Below, one piece after another: positions 59,963-64,000 of a stretch of 64,000 bases of DNA (the stretch's first letter is position 1; each line of letters starts with the position of its first letter). This stretch comes from an uncultured Candidatus Saccharibacteria bacterium (GTDB lineage: Bacteria; Patescibacteriota; Saccharimonadia; Saccharimonadales; AWTP1-31): the NCBI GenBank assembly GCA_964409615.1, contig CAYPDT010000002.1, positions 1,226 through 65,225 of the forward strand. The letters are read 5' to 3'. The notes beneath the pieces were generated by a model that saw nothing but the letters and a program-made list of their open reading frames with translations, ran no database searches and had not been told where the DNA came from. A program made the translations under genes and the position numbers.

Positions 59963-61516
59963 ATGTCTATGGGGAAGGCACTATACCGGAAATACCGGCC
60001 GACATCACTTGCGGAAGTTGTTGGTCAAGAACACATCACCAAGACGCTTGCTAATGCAATCAAGTCTGGCAAGATTAGTCATGCGTATCTTTTAACTGGC
60101 CCTCGCGGTGTAGGCAAGACAAGCATCGCACGCATCCTGGCTCACCAGCTTAACGATTTGGCATATGATGAGACACAAGCGCATCTGGATATTATTGAAA
60201 TAGATGCTGCTAGTAATCGCCGCATCGATGAAATTCGCGACCTGCGCGATAAAGTACATGTATTACCGGCCGTTGCTAAATATAAAGTCTACATCATTGA
60301 CGAAGTTCACATGCTCACCCGTGAAGCGTTTAACGCCTTACTAAAAACACTCGAGGAACCACCGGCTCACGTCATCTTTGTACTAGCCACCACCGAAGCG
60401 CACAAACTACCAGAAACCATTGTCAGTCGTACCCAGCACTTTTCGTTCAAGCCTATCGAAATCAGTACCCTGGTTAATCATCTTAAAACCATCGCTATAT
60501 CAGAAAAAATGAATATTGATGACGATGCAATAGAGTTAGTGGCTGTGCATGGCGACGGTAGCTTCCGCGACAGTATAAGCTTGCTTGACCAAGTGCGAGG
60601 TATCAACGACCACATAACCAAGCTCGAGGTACAACAGTTGCTCGGCATCGCCCCAGCCGAAGCCCTGGAAAAACTTATTTCTCTGTTACAAGCCGGTACA
60701 GCAAGCGACTTATTTACGCTGCTATCAGAGTTACGTAGCCAAGGGCTGCAAGCAGGGTCTGTTGCAAGTCAACTCAGTGAACGACTCCGCGAGCTTATAA
60801 TTAGCGACAAGGCCTATCAAAATACACAAACAACAAAACTACTGCACGACTTACTCAGCGTTGGTAGCAGCAACCAACCCGACCGAGTACTCGAATTGGT
60901 CTTGTTAGACTTTCTGTTTGCCAACACCCCTCAGCACCAAGTCCAGGTAGCGGTACCGGCAGGGCAGCCAGTAGCGGCAAAATCGGCCTCAATTACTACT
61001 ACATCCACTTTACCTGAAACAGTAGCTGTCTCAGCTAGACAGCCAGAGGTATCTGTAGAAAAGTCACCTAAGCCAAAATCCGAAAAACCAGTCGATACCA
61101 AAGAAGCTCCTCCAAAAGTAGTCGAGAAAAAAGGTCCAGAAGCTACCTCCACCGAACCAAAAACTGCAGCACAACCAGTGGCCACGGGTACCTTTGACGT
61201 GGCAGCTTGGCCCGTTGTTTTAGCCGCGATAAAAAAGAAGTACAACACGCTATACGGAATATTACGCATGGCTATCCCAAGTTCCGAGGGCAGTACTCTT
61301 ACCTTGGCTTGTAAGTTTGCTTTTCATCAGAAGCAAATTAATGAAAGTAAAAATCGTAAAATTATTAGTGATATTATTACCGAACAAACAGGCGAAACAG
61401 TAGAAATTGTGTGCGTAATTAACAAAGACGATGCCGCTCCTGCCAAAAGCACTAATAACAACGATATTTCAAACGTAAGCGATATTTTTGGTGGCGCCGA
61501 AGTGCTAGAATCCTGA
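59963..61516 (+). CDS. dnaX: DNA polymerase III gamma/tau subunit
   Basis: YRKYRPTSLAEVVGQEH, GPRGVGKTS, IIDEVHMLT, FNALLKTLEEPP and SRTQHF motifs. Confidence 0.95.
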   Translation: MSMGKALYRKYRPTSLAEVVGQEHITKTLANAIKSGKISHAYLLTGPRGVGKTSIARILAHQLNDLAYDETQAHLDIIEIDAASNRRIDEIRDLRDKVHVLPAVAKYKVYIIDEVHMLTREAFNALLKTLEEPPAHVIFVLATTEAHKLPETIVSRTQHFSFKPIEISTLVNHLKTIAISEKMNIDDDAIELVAVHGDGSFRDSISLLDQVRGINDHITKLEVQQLLGIAPAEALEKLISLLQAGTASDLFTLLSELRSQGLQAGSVASQLSERLRELIISDKAYQNTQTTKLLHDLLSVGSSNQPDRVLELVLLDFLFANTPQHQVQVAVPAGQPVAAKSASITTTSTLPETVAVSARQPEVSVEKSPKPKSEKPVDTKEAPPKVVEKKGPEATSTEPKTAAQPVATGTFDVAAWPVVLAAIKKKYNTLYGILRMAIPSSEGSTLTLACKFAFHQKQINESKNRKIISDIITEQTGETVEIVCVINKDDAAPAKSTNNNDISNVSDIFGGAEVLES

Positions 61517-61524
61517 TAAGAACT

Positions 61525-62895
61525 ATGGACAACGGGGCACAATACAACAATAAACCAATTATCCCACCTCAAAATACCGAGGCTGAGGCGAGCTTGCTTG
61601 GCGCCATCCTTATCGACAGTGACGCCATCGTCAAAATTGCCGACTTAATTTCTGGTGAAGATTTTTATGATCCCCGGCATCAGCGTATATATGAAGCGGT
61701 CACTCAGCTGTACGAAAAGCACAGTCCTATCGATATTCTCACCTTATCCGACCAATTAAAGAGTACTGGCTTTATTGATTTTGTTGGTGGCGCATCTTAC
61801 CTAACAGAGCTTACCAACTTCGTACCAACCGCCGCTCATGCCGAACAATATGCTTCAATTATTGCCGAGAAGGCAATGCGTCGACGGCTCATTAAAGCTT
61901 CACAAGATACTGTGGAGATGGCTTACAACGAAGAACGCCCGTTGCAAGAACTTGTTGAAGATGCCGAGTCTAAACTATTCGAAGTCAGCCAGCAGCACGT
62001 TAAGCAAGACATCACCAGTATCGAAACCATCCTAGGTGAAAGCTTCGACCGCCTCGATGAGCTACACAAAGATAAAGGCACGCTTCGCGGTATTCCGACC
62101 GGTTTTAAAGATCTCGATAATATCCTGGCCGGCCTGCAACGCTCAGACCTTTTCATCCTAGCGGCTCGTCCATCTATGGGTAAGACGGCTTTCTCGCTGG
62201 GCCTGGCTCACAGTATCGCGCTGAAGGCACAAGAACCAGTACTTATTTTTAGCCTCGAAATGAGCAAAGAACAGCTGGTCGACCGTATGCTGGCAACAGA
62301 ATCCGGCGTCGATGCCTGGGCACTTCGTACCGGCAACCTCAACGACTCTGACTTTGAGAAAATTGGTCATGCCATGGGCGCCTTATCCGAAGCCCAAATT
62401 TTTATTGACGATAGCCCGGGTATCACCGTTAGCGACCTGCGTACCAAAGCCCGCCGCGAATCACATATCCGCCCACTCGGTTTAATTATCGTTGACTACT
62501 TGCAGCTTATGAGTGGTGGTTCTCGATTTGCCGGGCAGAGTAACCGCGTGCAAGAAATTTCAGAAATTTCTCGTGGGCTAAAGGGAATAGCTCGAGAACT
62601 TAACGTTCCGCTCATTGCCCTGAGTCAGTTGAGTCGTTCGGTCGAAAGTCGAACACCACAAATTCCACAGCTACAAGACTTGCGTGAATCTGGATCAATC
62701 GAGCAAGATGCCGACGTGGTAGCCTTCTTATACCGAGAAGATTACTACAACCCCGACAGTGAACGTAAGAACATTATGGATGTCTTTATCCGTAAGCATC
62801 GTAACGGTCCAACCGGTGCTGTTGAGTTGTACTTCGACCGAGAAAAACAGCGTTTCCGCAGCGTCGATACTCGTCACTCCGACCCATTTAGCTAG
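61525..62895 (+). CDS. dnaB: replicative DNA helicase DnaB
   Basis: PPQNTEAEASLLGAIL, ARPSMGKTAF (Walker A), IIVDYLQLM and LSQLSR motifs. Confidence 0.96.
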   Translation: MDNGAQYNNKPIIPPQNTEAEASLLGAILIDSDAIVKIADLISGEDFYDPRHQRIYEAVTQLYEKHSPIDILTLSDQLKSTGFIDFVGGASYLTELTNFVPTAAHAEQYASIIAEKAMRRRLIKASQDTVEMAYNEERPLQELVEDAESKLFEVSQQHVKQDITSIETILGESFDRLDELHKDKGTLRGIPTGFKDLDNILAGLQRSDLFILAARPSMGKTAFSLGLAHSIALKAQEPVLIFSLEMSKEQLVDRMLATESGVDAWALRTGNLNDSDFEKIGHAMGALSEAQIFIDDSPGITVSDLRTKARRESHIRPLGLIIVDYLQLMSGGSRFAGQSNRVQEISEISRGLKGIARELNVPLIALSQLSRSVESRTPQIPQLQDLRESGSIEQDADVVAFLYREDYYNPDSERKNIMDVFIRKHRNGPTGAVELYFDREKQRFRSVDTRHSDPFS

Positions 62896-63604
62896 CCTGC
62901 AAAATAGGTCTATCTGCATTTACAATTGTATTGCCATAGTCTGTGGAGTTCTGACCCGTTCTATATTGAATTGTAAATCGATCTTCACCAGGGTCCACCC
63001 ACGTCACAGCGTGTGGCATCCGAATATCTGACCCATCCTCACGCACGAACAATCCGTTAGCTCTAAAGACCAGTGCGCTTAAAGGCTGCATGACAATACG
63101 GGCTACGATATCTTCTGGCCGTACATCTTGGGTATTAATTTTTTCTGTAAAGGCCAGTTCGCCCGTGCCAGTAACTGCAAGTGAAATAATCAAGAAGTCG
63201 TCATTAATATTATCCCTATGCCATCCTAGTGCCTGGTGCGTACAGGCAGGATATATTTGCACAGCAGCCTCTTCTGGAACAAAATCTGCGGCCGCAGGGA
63301 AGAATGGAGCCACTTGTTTTACGACTGTAGCGCCCAAGGCTCGGCCCGTTTCAGCGACAGCTGGAAACTGGTGCTCTCTGCGTAAATCTAAATACATCCG
63401 CTCAAAAACCTGCGGTACGACCAGCTCAGTCTGGTCCCAGATAGGCTCGATTAGTCCGGAACTTCGTACTTCTTGTACAATCAGTGCTGCTTGCTCTGCC
63501 GTGATAGCATCCGGTATATACCATGCGCCTACATAAGGGTCTCCGAGGTGCTCTACACTGGTATGGCCAGGCATAATCATATTTGTAGTATAGCGTACTA
63601 CCAC
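62888..63604 (-). CDS. 2-oxoglutarate/Fe(II)-dependent dioxygenase (AlkB-like, tentative)
   Basis: GWHRDN (HxD), a later MPHAV (His), and RFTIQYR (compare AlkB RxNxTxR). The 3' end overlaps the dnaB 3' end by 8 nt (convergent). Confidence 0.5.
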   Translation of the reverse strand: MVVRYTTNMIMPGHTSVEHLGDPYVGAWYIPDAITAEQAALIVQEVRSSGLIEPIWDQTELVVPQVFERMYLDLRREHQFPAVAETGRALGATVVKQVAPFFPAAADFVPEEAAVQIYPACTHQALGWHRDNINDDFLIISLAVTGTGELAFTEKINTQDVRPEDIVARIVMQPLSALVFRANGLFVREDGSDIRMPHAVTWVDPGEDRFTIQYRTGQNSTDYGNTIVNADRPILQAS

Positions 63605-63646
63605 TGTTCAAGCATGGCCCATGGTATACTGGGCGTAAGCACTATT

Positions 63647-64000
63647 ATGGAAATTAAAAATCCTCTCCAACGCATAAATTTGCACCTTTGGCGCTTTGTA
63701 GCCGAGTGGTTAGCCGCACTGGCTGTGTGTGCTGCTATTTTTAGTTTTCGCTTACACACGCTCGTTCCTGGCTTCAGCGCCACCGAGAAAACTGCAATTC
63801 AAGCCGCTTCGAGCTTAAAGGCAATTGGCCACGACCCCTCGTTTTTACCACATAAGTTTCTACAATATCTGGGCTTAAAACTCGATCATAGCGGTTTTAT
63901 TGCCATGCGCGTGCCTTCTGTTCTTGCTGGCCTAGTCGCTGCTGCGCTGTTCTTCTATATTCTAAACAAGTGGTTCAACTTGCGCATTGCCGCAATCACA
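63647..64000 (+). CDS. integral membrane protein, 3'-truncated by the window edge (possibly a GT-C/ArnT-like glycosyltransferase)
   Basis: Open frame of 118 codons from the ATG at 63647 to the window end with no stop (my own translation: MEIKNPLQRINLHLWRFVAEWLAALAVCAAIF...). It contains hydrophobic helices. It is not in the track because no stop is present. Confidence 0.5.
   Translation, partial: MEIKNPLQRINLHLWRFVAEWLAALAVCAAIFSFRLHTLVPGFSATEKTAIQAASSLKAIGHDPSFLPHKFLQYLGLKLDHSGFIAMRVPSVLAGLVAAALFFYILNKWFNLRIAAIT

Overview
This 64-kb window looks like it comes from a small-genome, Gram-positive-type bacterium. My best guess is a Patescibacteria/CPR (Saccharibacteria-like) lineage. That guess is an inference from gene content: no L30 gene between rpsE and rplO, no adk/map after secY, no rpsJ before rplC, sortase-type surface proteins and short intergenic spacers. 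It cannot be confirmed without a database search or a 16S sequence.

The conserved backbone consists of:
- the S10-spc-alpha ribosomal protein supercluster (1253-17746; 30 r-protein genes plus secY, infA and rpoA)
- a tRNA-Thr/Tyr/Thr - rpmG string (25.6-26.8 kb)
- tRNA-Trp, then secE-nusG-rplK-rplA (45.4-48.7 kb), then rplJ-rplL (57.0-57.9 kb)
- rluD-like, holB, dnaX and dnaB

Accessory blocks sit inside this backbone:
1. A tryptophan module. An aromatic-rich leader ORF and terminator are followed by trpB-trpA, a TyrA-like gene and trpS.
2. A complete six-gene carotenoid cluster of the actinobacterial C50 type, in the order crtE-crtB-crtI-crtYe-crtYf-crtEb.
3. A membrane-anchored GH114-like polygalactosaminidase.
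4. An AT-richer, translationally coupled four-gene operon (PLP aminotransferase, PRTase-like plus P-loop kinase fusion, CYTH, NDK-like) that I cannot assign to a known pathway.
5. A divergent pyrimidine-deoxynucleotide supercluster inserted between rplA and rplJ. It holds a Dcd/Dut-family protein, DHFR, a ThyA-family enzyme, dCMP deaminase and a Tmk fused to tandem degenerate ThyX-like domains. The ThyA-family enzyme carries Asp at the uracil-specifying Asn position, as in dCMP hydroxymethylase.

Other notable items are an N-terminally extended WhiB-like protein, an LAETG sortase substrate with no signal peptide inserted antisense between secY and infA, and a nested 23-bp palindrome pair after rplA. 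I saw no CRISPR array, transposase, integrase or rRNA. All domain calls rest on motifs read by eye from the supplied translations, and no searches were run.
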